Origin: an uncultured virus (IMG/VR IMGVR_UViG_3300031759_000004)
Taxonomy: Duplodnaviria > Heunggongvirae > Uroviricota > Caudoviricetes
Length of the DNA stretch: 64,000 nt
IMG/VR virus record: IMGVR_UViG_3300031759_000004
Coordinates: 1 to 64,000 of that record
Reading direction: 5' to 3' (one strand)
In this document: positions 1 to 16,504 of the stretch, piece by piece
How the letters are laid out: each line of letters starts with the position of its first letter
Position numbering within the stretch: the stretch's first letter is position 1
Made by a program: the position numbers and the translations under genes
The notes under the pieces: model-generated
The model's database searches: none
What the model was told of the DNA's origin: nothing
Seen by the model: the letters and a program-made list of their open reading frames with translations, nothing else

Positions 1-7253
<7,253 letters not shown>

Positions 7254-7259
7254 GCGTCA

Positions 7260-7655
7260 TCAGTTGTTGGTGCTGTGGCGCTGTGCTTTCAAAGCGGTCA
7301 AGGCGGTCACCGTCTGAAGCAGGTTGGAATTGACGTTGCCGTTGGAGTCCTTGATGAACATGTAGATCGACTGCTCGCAGGCTTCCTTGCCGATGGCCAT
7401 CCGCTGGTACAGTCCGCCGGTGGTGAAAATGCTATTCCAACGCATCTCCGTGAGGACGTCCACGTTGTTGGTGGGAACCAGCGCCAGCTCCGCTCGGACA
7501 TAGCCGAGGCGCGCCTGGTACAAACCGGTCGTGGCGTTCTGTGCCACTTCCAGGCCGAGCACCGTGGTGGTGCTGACGATCACGTGGTTGCGGATGACGG
7601 AGCAGCCGGTGAGGCTGAGGGCGAGCAGACAGGTCAATGTTTTTAGCGTTTTCAT
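7260..7655 (-). CDS. Predicted lipoprotein
   Basis: N-terminal MKTLK...LLALSLTGC lipobox. Confidence 0.65.
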   Translation of the reverse strand: MKTLKTLTCLLALSLTGCSVIRNHVIVSTTTVLGLEVAQNATTGLYQARLGYVRAELALVPTNNVDVLTEMRWNSIFTTGGLYQRMAIGKEACEQSIYMFIKDSNGNVNSNLLQTVTALTALKAQRHSTNN

Positions 7656-7903
7656 TTTATTTCCAGTATGGCGTTGCTGTTGGTGGTGGCGTTGATGAAC
7701 ACGTTTTCACCAAAGCCGACCACGGCGCTGCCGGTCAGGGTGCTGACGGAGGCTCCCACTGTGGTCGTTTTTACAGCGGTGACGCCGGGGCTGGTGCGCA
7801 CGATCACCCAACCAAGACCGAGAATGGGATAGCAGCGCCCGTGCTCGGTAGCACAGCCGCTGCACAGGCCACAGCACAGCGCCGTCAGCAGCAACTGTTT
7901 CAT
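7652..7903 (-). CDS. Small predicted lipoprotein/exported protein
   Basis: MKQLLLTALCCGLCSGC signal/lipobox; start placed at 7903 by the upstream GTACTTA motif. Confidence 0.55.
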   Translation of the reverse strand: MKQLLLTALCCGLCSGCATEHGRCYPILGLGWVIVRTSPGVTAVKTTTVGASVSTLTGSAVVGFGENVFINATTNSNAILEIK

Positions 7904-7952
7904 GCCCTTAAGTACGCACGGCAAAGAGGTTTGATACACACGTAGCTAGAAC

Positions 7953-8348
7953 ATGAAACACGTGTTCACGGATTCGCGATTTCCCGGCTGTTCAGTGGAA
8001 AACAGGGGCGATGAACGCTTTGTGGTGGCGGAGAATGGCCAGCCGGTGGCCGCGTTCCGTTCCAGCGAACGACCGGGTGCTAAGGTGGTTAGTGAAGACT
8101 ACGCTCGCCGCCAGGCCGAGGCTTACTTTGACCGCATGGAGCGCTGGGCGCTGATGGAGTCGCCGCTGACACGGCAGGCTGACGGGCCGCGCTCAACGCC
8201 GGTGGAAGTGGAGCGGGCGATGGCCCGGGTGCGCGCGGAGCTGGACCCGACGCGCAAGAAGGCGCTGGAGCAGCGGGTGGTTCAGCTCATGCAGCGCGAA
8301 GAGTCCCTGGTGGACCAGGTTGTCCACCACCTGCTTTACGAGCGGTAG
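7953..8348 (+). CDS. Hypothetical protein with C-terminal ESLVDQVVHHLL tag-like helix
   Basis: ORF behind a GTAGCTA motif. Confidence 0.65.
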   Translation: MKHVFTDSRFPGCSVENRGDERFVVAENGQPVAAFRSSERPGAKVVSEDYARRQAEAYFDRMERWALMESPLTRQADGPRSTPVEVERAMARVRAELDPTRKKALEQRVVQLMQREESLVDQVVHHLLYER

Positions 8349-8746
8349 GGCCGGGTCAGGCGCTTGTCGGCGGCCTGGATGCGGCGGCGGGCCAGCCGGG
8401 CCTGCTTGGCGGCCTTGCGGGCACGGGCGCGTTCCAGCTGGCGGCTGAGGGCCTGGTTGCGCAGGCAGTAGCTGTAGACGTCGGCCAGGGTGATGGTTAC
8501 CTCCGCCGTGCGGCGCAGGCGGCCCTCGGGGCGCAGGGCGAGGACGTCGCCGCTGAGCAGGCCGACGATCAACCGGCGGCCCCGGTCGGCGCAGAAGTGC
8601 CCGTTCAGTTTGTCCCGGGTGATGCGCCACACCTCGCCGGGCATGGTCTTGACCTGGGGTTGACCTTGTTCATCCAGCACCGGCTGGGCACTCTTGCCAA
8701 AGCCCTTGGTGATCCGGACCGTTTTCGCTTTGCCGATTTCAATCAT
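8336..8746 (-). CDS. Basic hypothetical protein (probably early)
   Basis: ATG 6 nt after a sigma70-like -10 box. Confidence 0.7.
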   Translation of the reverse strand: MIEIGKAKTVRITKGFGKSAQPVLDEQGQPQVKTMPGEVWRITRDKLNGHFCADRGRRLIVGLLSGDVLALRPEGRLRRTAEVTITLADVYSYCLRNQALSRQLERARARKAAKQARLARRRIQAADKRLTRPYRS

Positions 8747-8752
8747 GCCGCC

Positions 8753-8781
8753 ATTGTATACAAAAATCGGCAGCTTGTCAA
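8753..8781 (-). promoter_or_regulatory. Sigma70-like promoter TTGACA-17-TACAAT
   Basis: Near-consensus boxes with an AT-rich upstream tract. Confidence 0.8.
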
Positions 8782-8794
8782 CATTAAAATTTAA

Positions 8795-9085
8795 TCAAGA
8801 CCAGTCGAGGACGCACGGTCCGACGGCGTAAATGCTGATTTTCTTGCCCTTCTCCGCCGCGTCGGCGATGACCTCGAAGACGTCGCTGGACTTCACCGCG
8901 AACGTCATCGGCTCGTCGCCGTCCTCCGTGGTGGTGAAGTCCTTCACCAGAAATCCGTTGGTTTCGGAGAAGCGCCATGACGCCAGGGAAGCGCGGTCAA
9001 GGCTGGTTGCCTTGGGCGGGGCTGGCGCGGCGATTTGAGCTTTTGACTCGGGTAGTATGTTTAGACTTTGGGATGGTGGTGCCAT
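8795..9085 (-). CDS. Hypothetical protein
   Basis: ORF 9 nt behind a GTTCT motif. Confidence 0.6.
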   Translation of the reverse strand: MAPPSQSLNILPESKAQIAAPAPPKATSLDRASLASWRFSETNGFLVKDFTTTEDGDEPMTFAVKSSDVFEVIADAAEKGKKISIYAVGPCVLDWS

Positions 9086-9103
9086 AGGCTTAAAAGAACG
9101 TGT

Positions 9104-10153
9104 TCAAGCTTCCGGCGCGTTGACGAGCACCGGCTCGAACCACTCCAGTTTGCGGATGCGCCCGTTTACGTCTAGCGGCTGTTTGGTCTCCTTGTCGATC
9201 CGAGGCCCGGACAGCACCGTGTGCCAGTGGCCCATGCGCCAGTGCAGGCGCGGCGAGGCGTGCGTGCCCCCTGCGGCTGCGCCGTTATGCCGGGCGGCCT
9301 GGTAATCCCAGCCGATGGTGTTGGGCGACCAGAGCGCGTCCCGCGACCGGTTGTGCTTGACGCTGGCTTTACGGGTCATCTGGCCCTGCTTGACCAGGCG
9401 CGGGCGGGTCACCAAGGTCAGCATCAGATTCAGCGCGAACAGGTTCACCCGGTTGTGGAATTCGGCGTCCTGCTCGGGCGAAGGCAGCTGCGGGTTGGGC
9501 CGGTTGATGTCTACGCCAAACTGGTCGGCCTCCCAGTAGGTGGCGTCGTAAAACCGGAAGGTCTTCATGCTGCCGATGTTTTGCTCCATGTTGAAGACCA
9601 CGTGGTAGTCCATGGGGGCGACCGTGTCGGTGACCACGTTGAAGCAGATGATCAGCCGGTCAGCTTCGTTGATCAAGGGGTTGAGCGGACTCCGGGTGCC
9701 ATCCAGCGGCGGCAGCTTGACGCAGTCCGGATAGGTTCCCTTGGCGGCACGCACGACGGAGATGAAGGGCACGAAGAAACCGAAGTATTTCAGGCTGAAT
9801 TCCGTGGGCAGTACGAACAGCATTGCGTCCAGTGGGCACTTGATCTCGGAAATCTTGAAGTCCTCCGGCGGCTTGGTCTGGGCCACGGCCTGGGCAAATT
9901 CCGGGTGTACGAAAAAGGTGGGCACCCCAAGTTCCAGGTGCTTGAACGAGTTCAGCATGGCGCATAGGTGGGGCAGCATGCGCATTTCCGAGCTGGTGGC
10001 AACCTCCAGTCCGCCGCGCAAGGCGATGGCGTAGTACTTCGGGTTGAGGTAGCCTGCGGGCGGCACAATGCGGCGCGGGTAACACGCCGCATAAGTGACT
10101 GGCTCGTAATGAGGTAGCTCGTTTTCGATGAAATTTTTGTGATCTGGGTTCAT
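9104..10153 (-). CDS. Phage hypothetical protein with C-terminal HASPRxHWRxGHW motif
   Basis: Likely start MNPDHK at 10153, downstream of TTGACC-17-TACAGT (10206-10178). Confidence 0.75.
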   Translation of the reverse strand: MNPDHKNFIENELPHYEPVTYAACYPRRIVPPAGYLNPKYYAIALRGGLEVATSSEMRMLPHLCAMLNSFKHLELGVPTFFVHPEFAQAVAQTKPPEDFKISEIKCPLDAMLFVLPTEFSLKYFGFFVPFISVVRAAKGTYPDCVKLPPLDGTRSPLNPLINEADRLIICFNVVTDTVAPMDYHVVFNMEQNIGSMKTFRFYDATYWEADQFGVDINRPNPQLPSPEQDAEFHNRVNLFALNLMLTLVTRPRLVKQGQMTRKASVKHNRSRDALWSPNTIGWDYQAARHNGAAAGGTHASPRLHWRMGHWHTVLSGPRIDKETKQPLDVNGRIRKLEWFEPVLVNAPEA

Positions 10154-10246
10154 GTTGTGCAAAAGTAGTCTGGGTTCACTGTAGCGGCAGCCGACGGCGC
10201 GGTCAACATTTAATTTTAACAAAATCCGCACGTAGTTAGGATACGC

Positions 10247-10690
10247 ATGAGCGAACACTTGAAAAACGAAACACCCGAACAGGGAATGGCCTTTTCCGGG
10301 CATCGGTACGAGCAGGTAGTCATGCAGGACTTCAGGAGCACCATCCCGCCGCATCTGTTGGCGAAACTGCCTGAAGACGAGCGTTTTCTGGTGGAAGCTG
10401 TCAGTCGGCTGGAAAACCAGTTCGACTGGACCGTGCGTACGCTGATAAAAGTAAACGGCGACGCCCTGGACTTGCACAGCCGGGTGAATGGGCTGGAGAA
10501 GCACGTTCCCGTGGTTGTGAAGCTACAAGATGAACTTGTACTTACCATCAAGCCGAAAGTGGAGGCGCTGTGGGACTGGAAGCAGTTTTTCTCTGGAAAA
10601 TGGGCCGTGCTCGCCGTCGTGGGCGTCGCCGTGCTCGGTGTCCTCCTGAAAGTGGCGATTGACCTTGTGCTTAAACTGTTCAAGCTTTAA
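10247..10690 (+). CDS. Coiled-coil protein with a C-terminal transmembrane helix (holin-like?)
   Basis: WAVLAVVGVAVLGVLLKV hydrophobic segment; GTAGTTA motif 8 nt upstream. Confidence 0.6.
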   Translation: MSEHLKNETPEQGMAFSGHRYEQVVMQDFRSTIPPHLLAKLPEDERFLVEAVSRLENQFDWTVRTLIKVNGDALDLHSRVNGLEKHVPVVVKLQDELVLTIKPKVEALWDWKQFFSGKWAVLAVVGVAVLGVLLKVAIDLVLKLFKL

Positions 10691-10692
10691 CT

Positions 10693-11118
10693 ATGACCAC
10701 AACGGTTGAACTGTTAAACCGGTTGTTCAAACCGGTACAGGTGCTGTTAGTGGACACGAACGAGGAGCTGGAGCGCATGCTGAATCGGATTTGTGCCTGC
10801 ACTATTGAGCACTATACCGGAGCACCACCGAAAAAAGTCTACGATGTCGTATTTGCGGACAGTGAGGCCAGCGAAGCCACCTTGGACCGGATCAAAGACT
10901 GTGGCCCTTTGATTCTGATCGGTTCCTATTTCGGACGTGTAGACTATCCCGTGGTGCTGCTCCCAAAAATAGACGAACACGCGCTGGAGCGCGTGTTCAC
11001 GTGTTTGAAGGTAAAGCTGCGAACGCCCGACGTCGTCGAGGCTATTTCGGAGCTGACGGCGTGCTCAGCTTCTGATGCACTTTGTTCAGCACCGCGCTGT
11101 GTGATGCGGGCAGCGTGA
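10693..11118 (+). CDS. Possible degenerate receiver (CheY-like) domain protein
   Basis: VLLVD..., YDVVFAD, LILIGS, LLPK pattern. Confidence 0.4.
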   Translation: MTTTVELLNRLFKPVQVLLVDTNEELERMLNRICACTIEHYTGAPPKKVYDVVFADSEASEATLDRIKDCGPLILIGSYFGRVDYPVVLLPKIDEHALERVFTCLKVKLRTPDVVEAISELTACSASDALCSAPRCVMRAA

Positions 11119-11683
11119 GGCGGCGGCACTCGTCCATGATGTGACCGAGCTGGCTGTTGTCCAGCTCCTGGCCGTCCATCAAAGCTTTCACAATGCCGCC
11201 ATCCAGCTCGCTGCCGGTCTGTTGGACGAACATGAGCAGCAGGATGTCCTTCAGCTGGGAGATTTCGCGCGGATTCAGGAAGCCTGACTTTTCGCCCCGT
11301 CCCAGGACCCGGTCTACGTCGCCCGGTCCTTCCATGTCCTCGGGTCCGCCAGGACCGCCGCCAGGCGGCATCACCCGGCGCGGAAAAGGCCGACGCGGCA
11401 CCGGGCGTCCCTGGGGAACAGTGCTGCCGGGCGGCTGGCCACCGGCAGGTGGTCCGAACATCTCCTCCCCGGCCTCGGCGAGCTTTTGAATCATGGTGGG
11501 TTTCACTTTTTCCCAGCGCGCTTCGGCCACTTCCTGGCTCACCGGCTCAAAGTACTGGCCGGTCTGCGGGTGCTGGAAACCTTCGGTCCGCTCCTGGATA
11601 AAGCGGGCGTGTATTTGTTCGAGCAGCTCGGTGCGTTTAGTCTCCAGTACCGGTCCGCCTTCAATGATCTGTTTAGCGTTCAT
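11042..11683 (-). CDS. Hypothetical protein sharing a ~40-aa module with 14739..16016; Pro/Gly-rich linker
   Basis: Likely start MNAKQIIE at 11683 (the longer track ORF overlaps a tRNA); ARFIQERTEGFQHPQTGQYFEPVSQEVAEARW module. Confidence 0.7.
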   Translation of the reverse strand: MNAKQIIEGGPVLETKRTELLEQIHARFIQERTEGFQHPQTGQYFEPVSQEVAEARWEKVKPTMIQKLAEAGEEMFGPPAGGQPPGSTVPQGRPVPRRPFPRRVMPPGGGPGGPEDMEGPGDVDRVLGRGEKSGFLNPREISQLKDILLLMFVQQTGSELDGGIVKALMDGQELDNSQLGHIMDECRRLTLPASHSAVLNKVHQKLSTPSAPK

Positions 11684-11714
11684 TTCGTCCATAAGTATAG
11701 TTTCGGTTTTAAGT

Positions 11715-11791
11715 TGGCGCTCCAGGCCGGGATCGAACCGGCGACATGACCGCTTTAGAGGCGGCTCCTTTAACCACTCAGGCACTGGAGC
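11715..11791 (-). tRNA. Amber suppressor tRNA, anticodon CUA
   Basis: GCTCCAG/CTGGAGC acceptor stem, G73, encoded CCA; D-loop with GG; anticodon arm GCCGC-CTCTAAA-GCGGT; T-arm GCCGG-TTCGATC-CCGGC; 77 nt. Confidence 0.92.
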
Positions 11792-11845
11792 AATGTCTGG
11801 GTGAGAGCCTACACGTAAAAATCCCGCTGTCAATGAAATTTTATG

Positions 11846-11873
11846 TTGACTGGGAAAATTAAATGTATACGCT
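11846..11873 (+). promoter_or_regulatory. Sigma70-like promoter TTGACT-16-TACGCT, divergent from a TTGACA-16-TAGGCT promoter for the tRNA
   Basis: ATG of the AAA gene is 6 nt after the -10 box. Confidence 0.7.
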
Positions 11874-11879
11874 AGCGGC

Positions 11880-13553
11880 ATGAAACTACGCATTCGTAAC
11901 GACTGGCTGGCCGCGCTCGGCCAAAAATGGAAAGACACCTGCCGCTACTCCACCCCGGACAAATGGCAGGAAGTGAACCTGGAGGATTTCACGCCCGCAG
12001 AACTGGACGCGCTGCTGGCGCAAGTTGAAAAGTTCAAGGACGTCAAGGGTGTGCTGGCCATCAAGCAGAAGATCAAGCTGTACCGGGGCCTGGCGGCGGA
12101 CACGTCCACCAAGATCACCAAGCTGGAAGCGGTGCCGCTGGCCGTCCGCAAGCTGCTGGAAAATCTGCCGCACCACTGGCTGTTTGCCGATGGCGACGGC
12201 GATGGCCACCTGGTTCCGTGGTTTGTCTACAAGGCGGAGTACACGCCGCCGGACGCCCGGAACGCTTGCCCGGCGCGGGTGACCATCGACCTGGCCGCGA
12301 CCCGGCATAACGCCACGGTGTCCACCTCGATCTCGTACGGGGCCGAGGACATCCACGTTTCCATCGTGGAAATGCTGCGCAAGCACGGGTACTACGCGGA
12401 ATCCCCGGAAATGCTGGAGGCGTACGACAAGGAACTGGCCTGGTACGGCGAAATCTGCAACCAGACAGGCGCGCAGTTCAACGCCACTGGCCAGGGCCAG
12501 GACATGTCGGACCGCTGGAACCGCGCGCAGCTCAACCTGGTCAAGGACGGCAATCCCACCAAGGTGGTGATGGATAACGAGGACGAGGAAGGTCTGACTG
12601 TCCGCCACAGCCAGCGGAGTGACCGGGTCACGAACCGCTACTGGCAGCACGAGGACAAAACTTCCGGCGAGGAGGACACGGACAACGTGGTCCTGCTGCC
12701 GCAGCAGCCGTACCTGAAGGTGTTCGACTTGGAAAACCACCGGTTCCTGTCGGTGCATGCCACGGAGCTTTCGCCCTACGTGTGGGACGAAAACTTGCCG
12801 GAGAAGCTGGTGCTGCCGACGGCGCAGAAGGAGTTGATCAAGGTCCTGGTGACTGGCGCGGACCAGGTGCTGGACGACATCGTCAAAGGCAAGACCGGCG
12901 GTATCATCGTAATCTGCACCGGGCCGCCGGGCACCGGCAAGACCCTCACGTCGGAGGTCTTCAGTGAGGGCGTGCGGAAGCCGCTGTACAAGGTCCAGTG
13001 CTCGCAGCTCGGCACCAACGAGGTCAAGCTGGAGGAGAACCTCAAGATCGTCATGGCCCGGGCGGAGCGCTGGAAAGCGGTGCTATTAACGGACGAGGCC
13101 GATGTCTACATCCACAAGCGCGGGCGGGACCTTCAGCAGAACGCCATCGTGGGCACCTGGCTGCGGGTGCTGGAATACTACCGGGGCATCCTGTTTTTGA
13201 CCAGCAACCGGTCCACCGTGATCGACGACGCTATCCTGTCGCGGGCGACGGCCTGGATTCGCTACACCATCCCGACGCCGGAGAATCTGCGCCACATCTG
13301 GCGGGTGCTGTCACGGCAGTTCAAGGTTGGGCTGACCAACGCGGATATTAACACCCTGGTCGGCGATCCAAAGTTCTGCCGCATCTCCGGGCGCAGCGTC
13401 AAGAGCCTGCTCAAGCTGGCATATCTACTGTCCGCCAAGGAAGCGAAACCGGTCACGGTTGAGACCATCCGGTACGTGTCCCAGTTCTTAGACATCGAAG
13501 ATCGTGAACAAAAAAGCGCGCAAACTGAGGCAGACGAGGAAGCAGCTGAATAA
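11880..13553 (+). CDS. AAA+ ATPase
   Basis: Walker A GPPGTGKT, Walker B LLTDEAD, sensor LTSNR, AILSR arginine finger. Confidence 0.9.
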   Translation: MKLRIRNDWLAALGQKWKDTCRYSTPDKWQEVNLEDFTPAELDALLAQVEKFKDVKGVLAIKQKIKLYRGLAADTSTKITKLEAVPLAVRKLLENLPHHWLFADGDGDGHLVPWFVYKAEYTPPDARNACPARVTIDLAATRHNATVSTSISYGAEDIHVSIVEMLRKHGYYAESPEMLEAYDKELAWYGEICNQTGAQFNATGQGQDMSDRWNRAQLNLVKDGNPTKVVMDNEDEEGLTVRHSQRSDRVTNRYWQHEDKTSGEEDTDNVVLLPQQPYLKVFDLENHRFLSVHATELSPYVWDENLPEKLVLPTAQKELIKVLVTGADQVLDDIVKGKTGGIIVICTGPPGTGKTLTSEVFSEGVRKPLYKVQCSQLGTNEVKLEENLKIVMARAERWKAVLLTDEADVYIHKRGRDLQQNAIVGTWLRVLEYYRGILFLTSNRSTVIDDAILSRATAWIRYTIPTPENLRHIWRVLSRQFKVGLTNADINTLVGDPKFCRISGRSVKSLLKLAYLLSAKEAKPVTVETIRYVSQFLDIEDREQKSAQTEADEEAAE

Positions 13554-13839
13554 GCGCAACCGGTGTAAAAATCGTCAGGCAGCCCTGGCCTCCCTGCGGG
13601 TGGGGCTGCCTGATGATCCGACGGAGGAGCACTGGTCCGCCATTTTGGCGGCCATGAAGCCGATGCCGAAACTGGACCCGGCGATGCACGCGCGGCGAAT
13701 GCTCGCCAAAATTCTGCTGCACGGCAGCAGCTATGGAACTTCAGTGGATGCCCTGCTTACGCAGGCTGACTATGGTGTTTTGGCTACAAGTGAGGTAAGC
13801 AGCGCCGACGTAATCGACTGGATCACCAGAATTTTGTAG
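13504..13839 (+). CDS. Hypothetical protein with a basic N-terminus
   Basis: ORF overlapping the end of the AAA gene. Confidence 0.45.
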   Translation: MNKKARKLRQTRKQLNKRNRCKNRQAALASLRVGLPDDPTEEHWSAILAAMKPMPKLDPAMHARRMLAKILLHGSSYGTSVDALLTQADYGVLATSEVSSADVIDWITRIL

Positions 13840-14164
13840 CCGTGGAGTGCAAGGTGGAGTTGGACGTTTCCTGGACCCACTTTTGACCCACCGTCAGGGT
13901 GGGCTGCTTTTGGCCGGTCAGCAGCGCCATCTGGACGTAGACGCCCAACTTCTCGTCCGTGGCCGTGCTCAGCTTGCCGATGTCGCCGGTCAAGGTGGAC
14001 GTCACCAGGCCCTCCACCTCCACCGGTTCGTCCAGGCCGCGCTTGGCGGCGAGGTACAGCCGGTTTAGCAGGCCAGGGGTCAGCCCGTTGGCGGCGTGGG
14101 CGCGTTGGGCGGTGCTAAGCGCCACCTGATGCTGCGGAAAAATGTAGGTAGACTGTGCGGACAT
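13823..14164 (-). CDS. Hypothetical protein
   Basis: Likely start MSAQSTY, 8 nt behind GTTCT. Confidence 0.6.
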   Translation of the reverse strand: MSAQSTYIFPQHQVALSTAQRAHAANGLTPGLLNRLYLAAKRGLDEPVEVEGLVTSTLTGDIGKLSTATDEKLGVYVQMALLTGQKQPTLTVGQKWVQETSNSTLHSTATKFW

Positions 14165-14166
14165 GC

Positions 14167-14721
14167 TCATATAGAACTGGTTTTTCGGTCGAAGCGCAGG
14201 GTGACTTCCGTGCGCTCCTGGCCCTCCGCGCACCAGCGCTTGATGCAGTGGCCGTCCCACAGTTTGGAATCCTGCTTAAACAAGGCGTCGTTCACCGCCT
14301 TGAGAATGTTATCATGGTCCGGCTTAACGCGGTGGCCCTGGCCAAGTGCGGCGGCCTTTTTCTTGGCGGACCACGACGGTGGAACAGACAGGAACGCACA
14401 TACCAGGATGGCGTAGCAGTCCACCTGGCCGAGGTAGGCCGGGGCAGCGGCCCGGAGCCGGTCGCAGTAGTCGCGGTAGACCAGCACGCAGGGGCGCTTT
14501 TGCCACACGTCTCTTTGGGTCATGCGCGGCTTGCCGAAGGGCTGCCCGGGAGCGGTGAACGTGACCTGGCCGTCCGCCGGAATGTCTGCGTCCGGAATCG
14601 TCGCCGCCTGGGCGCTAATTTTGTCTACCTTTTTAGTTGTCGCCGATTGTAATTTAGTGTTTACTGACAACAATGATTTGCGCTTGGGGTGACCAAGCAA
14701 CTGATCTAAAGACCAAGCCAT
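14167..14721 (-). CDS. rusA: RusA-like Holliday junction resolvase
   Basis: GQPFGKPR, KPDHDNILKAVNDAL, QDSKL motifs. Confidence 0.85.
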   Translation of the reverse strand: MAWSLDQLLGHPKRKSLLSVNTKLQSATTKKVDKISAQAATIPDADIPADGQVTFTAPGQPFGKPRMTQRDVWQKRPCVLVYRDYCDRLRAAAPAYLGQVDCYAILVCAFLSVPPSWSAKKKAAALGQGHRVKPDHDNILKAVNDALFKQDSKLWDGHCIKRWCAEGQERTEVTLRFDRKTSSI

Positions 14722-14738
14722 AGCCAAAAGAACTGAAT

Positions 14739-16016
14739 ATGAACTATCCCGAGAACGTGCTGCAAGTACTGAAGAAATACCGCATCCTCAAGCCGGACGG
14801 CACGTGGCGCACCAGCGTCCTGCAAAGTCCGCCCTCCAGCCCGCTGGGACCTGGGCCGATCCTGGCCGAGGACGTGATCAAGCGCCTGGTGGCCGCCGAC
14901 TCCACGCCGGACGGGAAGTGGCTGGATTGGATTTTCTACCAGGCGGCGGGCGGCGAAAAGGGCGAGCAGATGCGCGAGGGGGCCATCAGTCAGATCAGGG
15001 AGCGCTTCATTGACGAGCGCAAGTACGGCTTTCAGCACCCGGACACCAAGGAGTACGTGCCGCCGGTCAGCGCCGAGGCGGCCACGGCCCGCTGGAACGC
15101 CATGGAGCCGAAATTCCGCGACATCATGTACGTCTGCGACCAGGATTCGGTCACCAAGCTCAACACTTTTGGCTACTACCGCAACTGGCCGGGCAGCGAC
15201 CGCATCTACGAAAACGTGGTCTCGGCGGTCACCAATTATCAGGCTCGCTTCAAAAAGCTGCTGCGCATGAACAAGGAGATGGCCAAGGAGGACAAGCCGC
15301 CGCTGCCCATTGATCCGGCGGACATCAAGACGGTCGAGGAGATGGTGAACATCACCAAGAAAGTGGAACGCTATTTCGGCAGCAAGAAGGCGCGCGAGGA
15401 CATCCAGCTCAGCAACCACGGCGAGCGTCAGGACGGCCTGATCTACGCCGACGACTACGTGGAGGTCCTGGTGCCGCTGACCTGGGCGGCGGCGGTCTAC
15501 TACGGTTACGACCAGTGGGCCTGGGCCAACCGCGAGCAGTTCGACACTTTCATCAGCTCGGAGGACGCGCCGGACTACAAGAACGAGTGGAAGCAGCGCA
15601 CCACCGGCGGCAAGGTGTACGTCTACATCACGTTCCGGGTGCCTGCGCCGGTCTGGGTCTCGCGCAAAAACGGAAAATTCAACTGGCACGAGCTGACCAG
15701 CCTGGCGCTGGAGCTGAACACCGCCGAGATGCGCAAGCTGGCCACGACCAATCCGGACACCTGGAAGGTTTGGGACGAGGAGAACCGCAACACCATGACC
15801 ATCCGCGACGTGAAGCAGATGCTGCTGGACGAGCCGACCCGCCAGGACCCGCAGGATGACGAGCTGCCCATCCGGCGCGGAGCCAACGTCTACAAGACGC
15901 CGGAAGAGGCCCAGGCCGTGGTGCAACATCTGGATATGGCGCTGAAAGCCATCGTGGACTGGAGCGCCAAATTTGACCCCAAGACGGTTAAGCGGGATGC
16001 TATGGCCCTGGACTGA
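14739..16016 (+). CDS. Hypothetical protein, paralog of 16505..17692
   Basis: Shared W[LI]DWIFYQA.GG, TFGYYR.WPG, PLTWAA.V.YG, HLDMAL.A..W..FDP. Confidence 0.85.
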   Translation: MNYPENVLQVLKKYRILKPDGTWRTSVLQSPPSSPLGPGPILAEDVIKRLVAADSTPDGKWLDWIFYQAAGGEKGEQMREGAISQIRERFIDERKYGFQHPDTKEYVPPVSAEAATARWNAMEPKFRDIMYVCDQDSVTKLNTFGYYRNWPGSDRIYENVVSAVTNYQARFKKLLRMNKEMAKEDKPPLPIDPADIKTVEEMVNITKKVERYFGSKKAREDIQLSNHGERQDGLIYADDYVEVLVPLTWAAAVYYGYDQWAWANREQFDTFISSEDAPDYKNEWKQRTTGGKVYVYITFRVPAPVWVSRKNGKFNWHELTSLALELNTAEMRKLATTNPDTWKVWDEENRNTMTIRDVKQMLLDEPTRQDPQDDELPIRRGANVYKTPEEAQAVVQHLDMALKAIVDWSAKFDPKTVKRDAMALD

Positions 16017-16018
16017 CT

Positions 16019-16498
16019 ATGATACCAAACCTATTACAGGTGGACAAAGGCATCTGGCGCGGCGGCCAGCCGGAAACGGCGGTGGACTGGCAGCAGCTGG
16101 CCCAGGAACTCAAACTGGCGTTCGTGCTAAAGCTGAACGTGGCTGACAATCCCCAGATACCGGAGCCGGGGGCGACGGTCATGGGCATGAAGGTGATCTA
16201 CATGCCCTTGGACTGGGTGGAGCAGACTTTCGGCGAACCGCCGATAGACTACCTGGTGAAAACCAGCGAGCTGATCAACACCTGCCGGTTGCCGATGCCC
16301 GATGGCGGCGTCTTCGTCCACTGCACGCACGGCCAGGACCGCACCGGCGTGGTTGTCGGAGCCTACCGCGTGCTGTCGCAAGGCTGGACGAAGGAAGCCG
16401 CGTACAAGGAGATGCTGGACAATGGCTTTCACCCGCTTTTACGCGGCCTTTGCTGGGCCTGGGACGCGCTGCCGGACAATCCGACAAGCCGTAGTTAG
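16019..16498 (+). CDS. Cys-based (tyrosine/dual-specificity) phosphatase
   Basis: HCTHGQDRTG CX5R motif and IWRGGQP N-terminal motif. Confidence 0.9.
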   Translation: MIPNLLQVDKGIWRGGQPETAVDWQQLAQELKLAFVLKLNVADNPQIPEPGATVMGMKVIYMPLDWVEQTFGEPPIDYLVKTSELINTCRLPMPDGGVFVHCTHGQDRTGVVVGAYRVLSQGWTKEAAYKEMLDNGFHPLLRGLCWAWDALPDNPTSRS

Positions 16499-16504
16499 CC
16501 TGGT

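Noticed and set aside
11715..11791. tRNA-Pyl (same CUCUAAA loop and G73)
   Set aside because: It has canonical D-loop GG, TTC T-loop and a 5-bp anticodon stem, unlike tRNA-Pyl; no pyl genes in the window
11684..11938. N-terminal extension of track ORF 11042..11938
   Set aside because: It overlaps the tRNA and the divergent promoters; the real start is probably 11683 or 11692
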